A stretch of 64,000 nucleotides of DNA from assembly GCF_004010195.1 (NCBI RefSeq), contig NC_057718.1, positions 71,523,486 to 71,587,485 of the forward strand. Direction: 5' to 3'. Shown here one piece after another: positions 1 to 12,620 of the stretch; the stretch's first letter is position 1; the number at the start of each line of letters is the position of its first letter. Both the position numbers and the translations under genes were made by a program. The notes under the pieces are model-generated. The model saw only the letters and a program-made list of their open reading frames with translations. It ran no database searches and had not been told where the DNA came from. This stretch comes from Chiloscyllium plagiosum (lineage: Eukaryota).

Positions 1-668
1 CAATTTTGGTGTCATCTGCAAACTTACTAACTGTACCTCTTATGCTCACATCCAAATCATTTATGTAAATGACAAAAAGTAGAGGGCCCAGCACCGATCC
101 TTGTGGTACTCTACTGGTCACAGGCCTCCAGTCTGAAAAACAACCTTCCACCACCACCCTCTGTCTTCTACCTTTTGAGCCAGTTTTGTATCCAAATGAC
201 TAGTTTTCCCTGTATTCCATGAGATCTAACCTTGCTAATCAGTCTCCCATGGGGAACCTTGTTGAAAGCCTTACTGAAGTCCATATAGATCACATCTACT
301 GCTCTGCCCTCATCAATCTTCTTTGTTACTTCATCAAAAAACTCATTCAAGTTTGTGAGACATGATTTCCCACGCACAAAGCCATGTTGACTATCCCTAA
401 TCAGTCCTTGCCTTTCCAAATACAGGTACATCTTGTCCCTCAGGATTCCCTCTAACAACTTGCCCACCACCGAGGTCAGGCTCACCGGTCTATAGTTCCC
501 TGGCCTGTCTCTACCGTCCTTCTTAAACAGTGGCATCATGTTTGCCAACCTCCAGTCTACCGGCACTTCACCTGTGACTATCGATGATACAAATATCTCA
601 GCAAGAGGCCCAGTAATCACTTCTCTAGCTTCCCACAGAGTTCTCGGGTACACCTGATCAGGTCCTGA
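1..668 (-). mobile_element. CR1 LINE ORF2 reverse-transcriptase fragment
   Basis: ORF 168..905 contains GPDQVYPR, PGNYRPVSLTSVVGKLLE, QHGFVRGKSCLTNL and DVIYMDFSKAF. Confidence 0.93.
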
Positions 669-1404
669 TGTAGCGGAGGAAAAGATTGGAAGTCTCCTTC
701 CAATCCTCCAAACCAAAGGAGGAGCCAAGGGCACCCGCATGGGCCTCAGCTGTGCCTGCCTCTTCATTGGATATGTGGAACAGTCCATCTTCCGCAGCGA
801 CACTGGCATCACCCCCCACCTTTTCCTCCGCGACATCGATGATTGCATTGGCGTTACCACGTGCTCCCATGAAGAGGTTGAACAGTTCATCCACTTTACT
901 AACACCTTTCACCCCGACCTCAAATTTACCTGGACTGTCTCAGACTCCTCCCTCCCCTTCCTAGACCTCTCCATTTCTATCTCGGGTGACCGACTCGACA
1001 CAGACATTTACTACAAACCGACTGACTCCCACAGCTACCTAGATTACACCTCCTCCCATCCTGCCCACTGTAAAAACACCATCCCATATTCCCAATTCCT
1101 CTGCCTCCACCACATCTGCTCCCAGGAGGACCAATTCCACTACCAAACAACTCAAATGGCCTCCTTCTTCAAAATCCGCAATTTCCCCTCCGATGTGGTC
1201 GACAACGCTCTCCACCGCATCTCCTCCACTTCCCTCACCTCCGCCCTTGAACCCCGCCTATCCAATCGCCCCAGGACAGAAGCCCACTGGTCCTCATCTT
1301 CCACCCCACCAACCTCCAGATACATCGTATCATCCTCCGTCATTTCCGCCACCTCCAGACAGACCCCACCACCAGGGATATATTTCCCTCTCCACCCCTA
1401 TCAG
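669..1404 (+). mobile_element. Penelope-like element RT fragment inserted in the CR1, truncated by an assembly gap
   Basis: ORF 739 reads MGLSCACLFIGYVEQ...FLRDIDDCIG (YIDD mutated)...LPFLDL...YYKPTDSHSYLDYTSSHP, typical PLE RT/thumb motifs. Confidence 0.85.
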
Positions 1405-1961
1405 NNNNNNNNNNNNNNNNNNNNNNNNNNNNNNNNNNNNNNNNNNNNNNNNNNNNNNNNNNNNNNNNNNNNNNNNNNNNNNNNNNNNNNNNNNNNNNNN
1501 NNNNNNNNNNNNNNNNNNNNNNNNNNNNNNNNNNNNNNNNNNNNNNNNNNNNNNNNNNNNNNNNNNNNNNNNNNNNNNNNNNNNNNNNNNNNNNNNNNNN
1601 NNNNNNNNNNNNNNNNNNNNNNNNNNNNNNNNNNNNNNNNNNNNNNNNNNNNNNNNNNNNNNNNNNNNNNNNNNNNNNNNNNNNNNNNNNNNNNNNNNNN
1701 NNNNNNNNNNNNNNNNNNNNNNNNNNNNNNNNNNNNNNNNNNNNNNNNNNNNNNNNNNNNNNNNNNNNNNNNNNNNNNNNNNNNNNNNNNNNNNNNNNNN
1801 NNNNNNNNNNNNNNNNNNNNNNNNNNNNNNNNNNNNNNNNNNNNNNNNNNNNNNNNNNNNNNNNNNNNNNNNNNNNNNNNNNNNNNNNNNNNNNNNNNNN
1901 NNNNNNNNNNNNNNNNNNNNNNNNNNNNNNNNNNNNNNNNNNNNNNNNNNNNNNNNNNNNN
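1405..1961. other. Assembly gap (557 N)
   Basis: Run of N. Confidence 1.
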
Positions 1962-3550
1962 GTTCTTGCCTAATACCATCAAAATTAGCCTTCCTCCAAT
2001 TTAGAACTTACATTTTTAGATCTGGTCTATCCTTTTCCATCACTATTTTAAAATGAATTATGGTCACTGGCCCCAAAGTGCTCCCCCACTGACACCTCTG
2101 TCACCTGCCCTGCCTTATTTCCCAAGAGTAGGTCAAGTTTTGCACCTTCTCTAGTAGGTACATCCACATACTGAATCAGAAAATTGTCTTGTACACATTT
2201 CCCTCTGACTGTTGGGGGGATCTATAATACAATCCCAATAAGGTGATCAACCCCTTCTTATTTCTCAGTTCCATCCAAATAACTTCCCTGGATGTATTTC
2301 CGGGAATATCCTCCCTCAGCATGTTCTTGATACGTTTGGCTTGCCTCACATACATTCATGAGTTCGAGAGTGTGGTGCTGGAAAAGCACGGCAGGTCTCC
2401 CATGTTCCTAACCATGCCCTGAGTTCATCTGCCTTCCTTGTTAGGCCCCTTGCATTGAAATAAATGCAGTTTAATTTATTAGTCCTACCTTGTCCCTGAC
2501 TGTTTGACTCACTTCTGTTCTCAGCTGTACCCATCTCAGATCGACCTCTTTCCTCTCTATCTCCCTGGGTCCCACTCCCCCCACTTTACTAGTTTAAATC
2601 CTCCCAAGCAGTTCTAGAAAATTTCCCTGCCAGTATATTAGTCCCCTTCCAATTTAGGTACAATCTGTCCTTCTTGTACAGGTCACTTCTACCCTGAAAG
2701 AGGTTCCAATGATCCAAAAATGTGAATCCTTCTCCCGTACACCAGCTCCTCAGCCATGCATTCATCTGCTCTATCCTCCTATTCCTGCCCTCATTAGCTT
2801 GTAGCACTGGGAGTAATCCAGCTATTACTACTCTTGAGGACCTCCTTTTTAAATTTCTGCCTAACATTCTGTAATCTCCTTTCAGAGTCTCAACCTTTTC
2901 CCTTCCAGTGTCGTTGGTTCCAGTGACCTCCTGCTGGCCCCTCTCCCCTGTGAGAACATTCTGCACCCTCTCTGAGACATCCTTGATCCTGGCACCAGGG
3001 AAACAACACACCATTCTGCTTTTTCTCTGCTGGCCACAGAAACATCTGTCTGTACCTCTGACTACAGAATCCCTTAACACAATTGATCTCTTGGAAGCCG
3101 ACGTACCCCTAGTTGCATTAGAGCCAGTCTCAATACGAGAAACTTGGCTGTTGGTGCTACGTTCCCCTGAGAATCCACCCCCTACATTTTCCAAAACATC
3201 ATACCTGTTTGAAATGGGTGTAGCCTGCAATAGCTGCCTACCTCTCTTTCCCTTCCTGGAGTTAACCCATCTATGTGACTGTATGTGAGACTTTCCCCCC
3301 TTCCTATAACTGCCATCCATCACATACTGTTGCTGTTGCAAATTCCTCATCGCTTCTCTCCAACCGATCCATTCGATCTGTTAAGATTCACATCCAACAG
3401 CATTTGTGGCATATATAATCTGCAGTAACCCTTAAACTCTTTAAATTCCAACATCTGACAAGAAGTACATATCACTGCAAAGGCCAGTTTTGCTCCTTCA
3501 CAATCTACAGACCCAGAAAATAACACAGTCTTATAATAGCTATGGCTTAT

Positions 3551-3711
3551 TGTTGTGGTTGTGTTTGCCAAGCTGGGAATTTGTGTTGCAGACGTTTCGT
3601 CCCCTATCTAGGTGACGTCCTCAGTGCTTGGGAGCCTCATGTGAAGCGCTTCTGTGATGTTTCCTCCGGCATTTATAGTGGTTTGAATCTGCCGCTTCCG
3701 GTTGTATATGT
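3551..3711 (-). mobile_element. Short PLE-terminal insertion (family C) carrying a hammerhead motif
   Basis: Flanked by the direct repeat TATGGCTTAT (3541-3550 and 3712-3721); hammerhead core on the minus strand. Confidence 0.7.
3588..3627 (-). ncRNA. Minimal type I hammerhead ribozyme motif (family C)
   Basis: Reverse complement: gca CUGAGGA c gucaccu agau aggggac GAAA CG UC ugc. Intact core, stem II, ACGU palindrome and stem I gca/ugc. Confidence 0.8.
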
Positions 3712-3862
3712 TATGGCTTATATTTTAAGTTTAATCAAGAGACTTATCTCCAAAAACATATAATCAAGAAAGAATTCACTATACTCACTACTGCAGCCTC
3801 TCTCTTGGACAGACTTAAAACAACAATGAACTTATCTGATTCTGTGCTGTGAACTTCACCAA

Positions 3863-4176
<314 letters not shown>

Positions 4177-4395
4177 CCAGCACTGTCCTCACCATGTTTG
4201 TTCTTCTCCCTTTTAAAACTGCTGTTGTTTTGATTTTTTTTTCCAAGTTCCAAAACAATGCAACAGCGTATAAAACAGTAATTGCTGCTCCTAGAATTCG
4301 AGGAAATCACCTCCAGCACCTAAAATACCTCAAAAAAAAGAGCAGCTCTTACAGCCAGAAATTTTTCACGTCCTCCATCTTGGATTACCCAGAAG

Positions 4396-4990
4396 CACAG
4401 GTAGACAAGATGGTGAAAAAGACAATTGGTATGCTTTCCTTTTATTGGTCAGAGCATTGAGTATAGGAGTTGGGCGGTGGTTAGGCCTGTTTTGGACATT
4501 GGTTAGGCCTGTTTTGGAACATTGTATGCAATTCTGGTCTCCTTCCTATCGGATGGATGTTGTGAAACTTGAAAGGGTTCAAAAAGATTTACAAGGACGT
4601 TGCCTGAGTTGGAAGCTGGGACTGCTTCTCCTGGAATGTCTGAGGCTGAGGGATGACCTTATACAGGTTTATAAAATCCAGAGGGGCATGGATAGGACAA
4701 GTAGAGAAAGTTATTTCCCTTTGGGTGGGTGAGTCCAGAACTAAAAGTTTAGGGTGAGGTGGGAAAGATATAAAAGGGACCAAAGGGGCAACTTTTTCAC
4801 GCAGAGGGTGGTGCACTTATGGAATGAGCTGCTAGAGGAAGTGGTGGAGGCTGATACACCTGTCCAAATGCCTTTTAAATGCTGCAATTGTATGAACAGG
4901 AAGGGTTGAGCCAACTGCTGGCAAATGGGACTGGATTAGCTTAGGATGTGTGGTCGACATGGACGAGTTGCTGTACATCTCTATGACGAG
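4396..4990 (+). mobile_element. CR1 LINE 3' end fragment
   Basis: LVRPVLEHCMQFWSP..LERVQ..LRDDLIQVYKI in ORF 4445..4732, followed by a CR1-type 3' tail. Confidence 0.85.
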
Positions 4991-4999
4991 CAAGCACAA

Positions 5000-5545
5000 C
5001 CCACCTTCGTCTGTATTAGGTACTACGTCAAACTGCAGACACTTTCCCCAATTGCCATCATGTCTACTTGATGTCACGCATGTTTGAATATAGTCAAAAT
5101 ATATATTTTTGAAAATTATATATTTTCCAATCAACCTGGTCTGCAATGCAACTATATACCTCTGTGGAACAGGTGAAACTTGAACAAAGTCCACCTGACT
5201 CAAAATTATTCCAGTCTGTTTAACACCCATTATCTAACTCCACAACTGATAAACAATTAAAATATTGAAGGAAAAAAATCGTAGGGTTATGAGGAAAACA
5301 AGATGAGTCAGAAATCAGCCGAACTGCTGTTTGAAACAGAGAAATGACTACAATATCAGATTGTTGTCTGCCTGGACAATTAATTTAAACTAAAAACCCA
5401 AACATGTAAGCATTTTTGAATTCAAATGTTTCCTTTGCTTTAAAAATTGGAGCATCTCCACAAGCCAATAAGTTTAAGATAAACACCACACCAAGAAAAA
5501 CTAAGGAAAGAAGACTCTTGTCAGAGAATGCAAAATTGGTTGATT
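5000..5545 (-). repeat. Copy 1 of a ~0.55-kb non-coding segment, inverted relative to 23521-24066
   Basis: For example 5424-5490 CAAATGTTTCCTTTGCTTTAAAAATTGGAGCATCTCCACAAGCCAATAAGTTTAAGAT is the near-exact reverse complement of about 23582-23640; the match is collinear along the whole segment. Confidence 0.9.
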
Positions 5546-6037
5546 TGGAGATGGCAGAGTTTAAAAGAATTGTGAGAGGCAGGTTTTCCATTCAAAAGTT
5601 GGTGAGTGCGTAGAACGCGTCCAGGGAAGTTATTTAGGTGGAACTGAGAAATAAGAAAGGGAAAGGGATGTTCACCGTATTGGGGTTGTGCTATAGACAT
5701 TCTGTCTCCCCTTCCCCCCCCCCCCCCCCCCCCCAAGTCAGTTGTAAATTGGAGAAACAAATATATAAGAAGATCTCTGCTATCTGTAAGAATAATAGGA
5801 TGGTAATGGTAACAGATTTTTTTTCTATAGATATTTTTATTAGAAATTTAACATTTTTACAAGTTTACAAAAATAAACAAAACTCTCAAGTACAAACATT
5901 GATATACAATTAAATCTTAAATATATAATAGCCAAAATTTAACAAAAGAAAAGATACAGAGAAAGGAAAAAAAACAAAACTCAACTAACGACTAATCTAA
6001 CCTACAACTAACCAGAGTGTATATTTAAGTCTCTTAC

Positions 6038-6317
6038 GGAGATGCCGGTGTTGGACTCGGGGGTACAAAGTTAAAAATCACACAACACCACATGAAAGAA
6101 GTGAAACTATCACTGTATTCTAACAGATGAAAGGCTTAACAGACAATCAATTCTTCAGTGTATAATTTCAGTTACATCACACTGCAAATTTTTGCTATAA
6201 ATTCTGTGTTACGATCGAGCCCTCCACAATCACCTGATGAAGGAATGTCGCTCCGAAAGCTAGTGTGCTTCCAATTAAACCTGTTGGACTATAACCTGGT
6301 GTTGTGTGATTTTTAAC
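6038..6317 (+). mobile_element. 280-bp PLE-derived insertion (family B) in the L1 3'UTR, with short inverted arms and a hammerhead motif
   Basis: 12-bp TSD TAAGTCTCTTAC (6026-6037 and 6318-6329); inverted arms AGTTAAAAATCACACAACACCA (6069-6090) and TGGTGTTGTGTGATTTTTAACT (6297-6318). Confidence 0.85.
6231..6265 (+). ncRNA. Minimal hammerhead ribozyme motif (family B)
   Basis: cac CUGAUGA a ggaau guc gcucc GAAA GC UA gug. Core intact, AGCU palindrome, one mismatch in stem II. Confidence 0.75.
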
Positions 6318-6489
6318 TAAGTCTCTTACATTATTCAAATAAGAGAGAGACAAAAAAACAACGGATAACATAGAAATTGAGTAGTGAGATACATGCTCGG
6401 AATGTGTTAACATCAAATGTAACAAAACCCGTATTCGTGCGGGATTCCTCTCCTAAGGGGCCCCAGACCAACTAGGTTCGTAATCTCAA

Positions 6490-9400
6490 TTAAATAAAAG
6501 CCCTTGTTAGGATAGCCGTAATATTTATGTAATTCAAAAAGGGCTGCCATATTATATAAAATAATTCGGTCTTTCGGTGCACCATATTTGTAAGGAAGTC
6601 AAGGGAAATACATTCCATAATTAATCTGTGCCAATTTGAAAGTTCAGGGGAGCCCTCAGCCACCCAGTTTACCAAAATATTTTTCCTTGCACAGAAAGAA
6701 AGAATAGAAAATAGTCTCTTCCCGTACGTGTCCAGGGAGGGAAAGTTCGAAAAGGCCAAAAGGAAAGATACAAGGTCCACTTTAATTTCCGTTCCTAGAA
6801 TTTCTGTCAGGGTACTTGCTACTTTAGTCCAATATCTACGGATCTTATGACAGGTCCATAAGCAATGTACAAGAGTGCCCACCTCTATTTGACATTTGGG
6901 ACACATTGGAGATGCTCCTGCCTTAAATTTTGCCAATAGATCCGGTGCTATATGGGCCCTATGAAGTATCTTCAGCTGGGTAGCCTGAGTTCTGTTACAT
7001 ATGGTAATTCTTCTAGTATTTTCCCAAATGTCATTCCATGTTTCTATAGAGGTTTCTAATCCCAAATCCTGATCCCATGTTTTAAGCGGATTGTCCATAT
7101 CTCCCGATACTTCATCATGTAGTAAATGATAAATAGTACTGATGGAGGATACCCCCATTGGTCGTAGCACTCTACATTCTCTATCTGATTTATAAAGACT
7201 ATCTAATAACATAGTCTTCTTCTGTATATAATCTCGAATTTGGAAGTATCGAAAGAGGTCTCCATTAGGTAATCCGAATTTCTGACGCAGCTGTTCAAAA
7301 GACATCAAGACCCCATCTTTAAATAGGTCCCCAAGACATGAGATACCCCTGGATCTCCAGAGTTTAAAAGTGGCATCTGTTAACTCTGGTTGGAATCCCC
7401 ATGCTCCCACTATCGGCGCATAGGGGGATGTTTTATGTGAGTTGCCCTCATTTTGCTGCATTATATTCCAAGCTTTAGTATTATAGGGTTTTTACAGTGA
7501 TCCGTAATGATTTTCCTCTTGTCTAAAAATAAAAGGTTAATAAGTGGGTATTTAACTTGAGAAGCCTCGATGTCCAGCCAGATTGATTGTGGATCAGACA
7601 AGACCCAATCAGCTATGTAACTTAATAGGGAACTTAACTGATATTTCCTAAAATCTGGGAAGTCCAATCCTCCCCTTGCATGTGGAAGCTGTAGCTTCTT
7701 CAGCTTAATGAGGGGCCGTCTATGATTCCAGATAAAGGAACCCAACCAGCCATATAATTTACGTAGTGCCAGCCTCGGCAGCATCACCGGAAGCATTCTC
7801 ATAGGGTGTAGGAGACGGGGCAGGACATTCATTTTAATTAGTGCTATTCTACCCAGCCAGGAAATTGGAAGGTCTCCCCATCGCTGGAGGTCCTGCCTTA
7901 TCCTTTCCAGTAAATGCACAAAATTAGCCTTGTACAACTGACCAAATACTGGGGTAATAAAAATGCCTAAATATAAGAAACCCTCCAGGGACCAACGAAA
8001 GGGAAAAGGGCATCTGTCCACTAAGTGGGGTATCATAGCAAGGCCACCCATTGGCATAGCCTCCGATTTTGAAAAATTAATTTTATAGCCTGAGAATGCG
8101 CTAAATGTATTAATAACTTGGATTAAGCAAGGTACGGACATCAGACGATTACTGAGGAATAGAAGAACATCTGCATAAAGGGTAATTTTATGTTGACCTG
8201 TACCAATCCTCAGGGCCGTTATATTAGGATCCGCCCGTATAGCTTCTGCTCGTGGTTCAATTATTAGCGTAAATAACAATGGCGAGAGCGGACATCCCTG
8301 ACGGCAGCCCCTACCCACACTGAAACTATCCGAACCTAATCCATTGGTAACCACAACTGCCTTGGGATCACTATACAATGTTGAGACCCTTTTGGTAAAC
8401 ACCTTTCCAACGCTAAACCTTTCCAATGTGTAAAACAAATATGACCATTCAACCCTATCAAATGCCTTTTCCGCGTCTAAAGAAACTACTACTCCTGGTA
8501 TCTTTCCCTGATGGCAGGCTTGAATCATATTCAAAACCCTTCTAATATTATTGAATGATCTACGGCCCTTAATAATCCCCGTCTGATCCTCCTTTATGAT
8601 ATGTGGTAGTACCCTTTCTAGTCTCAATGCTAACGTTTTAGAAAGGATTTTAAAATCTACATTTAGCAAGGATATTGGTCTGTATGACGTACAATCTTCT
8701 GATCCTTTCCTTTTTTAAGGATAAGAGAGATATTTGCCTCTTTCAGCGAAGGCGGGAGACAACCCTGACTATATGCATAGTTATACATGTCCATAAGTGG
8801 ACCAGCCAATAATTCTGTAAATTCTTTATAGAATTCAGCTTGAAAACCATCTGGGTCCGGTGCCTTACCGCTCTGAAGTTGCCTGATTGCATCAAGTATT
8901 TCTTGGACTGTTAGGGGAGCATTTAAGACCAATACCTGTTCCGGAGTTAGACCCGCAAAGGTCAAATTTTTTAAAAAATGATTGCATCCTCCTCGTCCTG
9001 TCTTCACAATCCTGCGATTTATATAAATCAGAATAAAATTTTCTAAAGATTGCATTAATCTTTTTATGATCATAAGTCAAAATACCCATACTTTCCTTGA
9101 TAGACTTAATAGTTTGAGGGGCCTTTTTTTTCTTTGCTAAGTATCTACCCGGTTTGTTGCCAAATTCATATAACCTTTGTTTTGCAAATAATATTTCCCT
9201 CTTAGCCGTTTGGGTAAGCGTAGTGTTTAGAGCTGTCCTAAAATCCTTTGCAATTTAATAATAGAAGGTCTTTCAGCGTATGCTGTTTCAGCTGCTTTTA
9301 AGCCAGCTTCAAGCAGACGCTGTTGTTCTCCCTTTAATTTTTTCTGGGTTGCTGAGTAGGAGATGATCAAACCTCGCGCGTAAGCTTTGATGGTCTCCCA

Positions 9401-10262
9401 CATCATTGATGGGTTGCTAGCCGTACCCAAATTAATTTCTAAAAAAGTTTTAAATTCTTGAGAGAAGTACTTTACAAATTTACTATCTTTCCATAGGAAG
9501 GGGTCCATACGCCAATGCCGAGGGGATGTCCCGTTGTTCCTCGCCTTGGTTTCCATATATACAGCAGCGTGGTCGGAAATTGCTATACTACCTATTTTAC
9601 AGGATGATATAGAATTTTTAAAAAATCAAGGGGGCAAAAAACATATCAATTCTGGTATGACATTTATGTGGATTGGAGTAAAAAGAAAAATCTCTGCCCT
9701 GTGGATGAAGACATCTCCATACATCTACTAATCCTAATTCTTTATTCCGATCCACCAATTGTCTAGATCTGGGAGATACTCCTGCAGTACTCTTGGGAAT
9801 CCTACCTATTTCCGGATCCATAATACAATTAAAGTCTCCCCCTATAATTATATGACGGGCATCAAAAACCATCAATTTTGAAAAGGCTTCCGTTATAAAT
9901 TTAAAGGGGTGTGCCGGGGGGCAGTACAAATTTAAAATCCCATATTCCTCTCCATTTATAAGGGCTTTAATCAAAATATATCGTCCAGATTCGTCTTTAA
10001 TCTGATTTAGGATTTTGAAAGGGAAATTCTTCCGAACAAGAATAACAACTCCCCTACTTTTTGAGCTAAAAGAAGAAAAAAAGGCCTGATCAAATCCACC
10101 ATGTCGAAATTTCAAATGTTCTTTATCCAACAGGTGTGTCTCCTGTAGGAGAGCTATATCAACTCTTTCCTTCTTAAGATTTGATAATATTTTCTTCCTT
10201 TTAACTGGCGAATTACTCCCCTTGACATTCCAGGTGCACCACTTAACTGACTGATCAACCAT
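6490..10262 (-). pseudogene. L1 ORF2p (APE endonuclease, RT, CCHC), split by several frameshifts
   Basis: TWNVKG, LQETHL, GGDFN and TRID (EN); KAPDPDGF, SLDAEKAFDRV, GCRQGCPLSPLLF and LYAD (RT); CPKC...HCLWTC (zinc knuckle). Confidence 0.95.
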
Positions 10263-11124
10263 AATCGTCTGGGCAAATCAGAGACCCCTCAGGAGGGGAA
10301 ACCCTATCCAGAACATCCCGAGCATAGAGCATATAAAATTCACAAAACTAAAGGCTCTCTAATACACTCTCAACAGTATAATAAAAAACTATTTCTAAAT
10401 AATAATAAAAAAAAATTTAAATGGAGATTTTCCCCCTTGTTCCCAGGGGGTGTCACTTCCTTTCTAAAGGTCCATCATATCCTCTCCTAACCAATGCCCC
10501 ACCCTTGACCCAGGCGCTCCTCAATAGAATGAGAGAATTCAGATATAATACAAAGCTAGAGTTAACAGTGAGCACCCTATCTCCAACACCTGGATATATT
10601 TGGTAGTGTTAATACCATGTATAAACATATATAACTATAAAATTACAACCTCAACAAATAATAATTAAATATACTAATACAAAATAACAAGGGAAAACAA
10701 CCCCGCTCCTAGAGACAGAGGTAAAATAGAATAAGGTAACCACCTCCCCCCACTAACATTAACCAAACACCCCAGTTTATTTTTATATATATATAACCCC
10801 AAGGGGGGGAGAAAATTGTCAAATAGAGAACAAATAAATAAATCCCTCTTCCCCCCCCCCCCCCGCCCCCCCCCAAGATAATATTAAACAGTAAGGTAAG
10901 AAAAAAGGGGGGGATATAAACCGGAGTGGGGGAAAGGCAAACCAATATCCATTATCTCTTACAATTTATCTAAGAGAGTCCAAAAATTCTTTAGCCTTTT
11001 CTGGCGATCCGAAGTTATACACGGATCCTTCATGGTTAAAGCGTAGCGTCGCTGGGTAGCGTAAGGAGTACTGAATATTTAAGTCCCTTAAACGCTTCTT
11101 CGCCTCATCGAATGCCTTCCTCTT

Positions 11125-11802
11125 TCAGACCAGAGCCGGGGAAAAGTCCTGGAATAACATGATCTTGGATCCTTTATAGATCATAGCTTGGGAATCTTTT
11201 CCAAGATTTCTAGAAGCTTCTAGGAGTATCTGCCTCTCCCTATAGCTCTGCAGCCGAAACAGGACCGGGCAGGGATGCTGGTTTGAGCCGGGCCTGCGTA
11301 TTGCGACCCGGTAGGCCCATTCCACCCTTACCTGGCCTGATCCAGCTTCCAGATTTAAAAGCTGTGGCAGCCATTGCTCGAGGAACGCTGTAAGCTGGCC
11401 TTCCTCTTCCCGTTCGGGAAGGCCCAGCAAACGAATATTTTTTCGACGACCTCGATTATCGAGGTCATCAATGTGATTCTCTAAGGTCCGGACTCGTTGT
11501 TCAAGAGTCCGGACCTGATCCACGGCCGATTGCACTGTGGTTTCGGAGGTCGCGGCCTTTAGCTCCGCCCCTCCGACTCGGCCCTCGATTTCTTTAATGT
11601 CTCGGTCGTGCCTTTGCAGCACGGCCGAGAGTGAGTCCCATCGACTTCGGGATTCTTCGATGAAAGTGTCGATCTGCGCATCGAGTTTAGAGATGATTTC
11701 CACGAGGCTCGCCACTGTAGGTAAGTCTCCAGCTGCAGCTGGAGAGGGTGGGGGAGGGGTTCCTGCTTGCTGAGAGCTGCGGGCTCCCTTCCGTTTGGTC
11801 AT
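11125..11802 (-). pseudogene. L1 ORF1p (coiled coil plus RRM), truncated by a frameshift before the C-terminal domain
   Basis: LENHIDDLDNRGRRKNIRLLGLPE...VEWAYRV...IMLFQDFS are L1 ORF1 (Transposase_22-type) motifs. Confidence 0.9.
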
Positions 11803-12620
11803 TTTTACTAAAGATTAGATTGAGTAAATTTAATACTAAGCAACTAATTAAATTAAACAGCTATTTTGAATGATTTGGTGAGTGTGGTGGGGGTGGGTGA
11901 CCCACTTTACCCAAGTCTTGGGAGGAGCACTGTCGACTCAGACTTGCTGGGTCGCCGCCAGCTTGGATCCCGGTAACAGATTTTAACTTTCGAAACACAG
12001 ACTGGGACTGCCATAGTGTTAAAGGCTTGGAAGGAGAGGAATTTAAGTGTGTACAAGAAATGTTTCTGATTCAGTATTTACTACAGAAGGTGTGAAAATT
12101 GACCTATTCTTGGAAAGTAAGGTAGGGTAGGTGATTGAGGTGTCAGTGGGGGAGCATTGTGGGGCCAGTGATCAATTCTGTTAATTTTAAAATGGTGATG
12201 GAAAAGGATAAAAGTTGAAGTTCTAAATTGGAGGAGGCCAAGTTTGATGGTATTAGGCAAGAATTTTCAAAGGTTAATTGGGTGCAGATGTTTGCAGGGA
12301 AAATGGGAAGCTTTCAAAAATGAGGTAACAAGAGTCCAGAGACATTGTGTTCCTGCTGGGATGAAAGGCAAGGCTGGTGGGCTTATGGAATGCTGGATAA
12401 TGAGAAATTGAGGTTTTGGTTAAGAAGGAAGGATACGTCAGGTATAGACAACAGAGATTGAGTGAATCCTTAGAAAAGTATAAAAACAGTATACTTAAGA
12501 GAGAAATCAGGAAGGGCAAAAAGGGGACATAGCTTTGGCAGATAGGGTTAAAGAGAATCCACAGGGATTCTATAAATACATTAAAGTCAAAAGGGAGAGA
12601 GTAAGGCCCCTTAAAGATCA

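Larger units (their letters stand above)
5821..11971 (-). mobile_element. Full-length L1 LINE (about 5.9 kb plus a nested 280-bp insert), inactivated by frameshifts
   Basis: ORF1 at 11125..11802; ORF2 pieces from 10262 down to 6490; 13-bp TSD GGTAACAGATTTT at 5808-5820 and 11972-11984; TT/AAAA target on the minus strand; AATAAA at 5836-5841 (minus) just before a short A tail. Confidence 0.95.

Noticed and set aside
739..2056. 421-aa, 287-aa and 193-aa ORFs
   Set aside because: Their length comes from the 557-N gap; only the PLE RT portion before 1404 is real.
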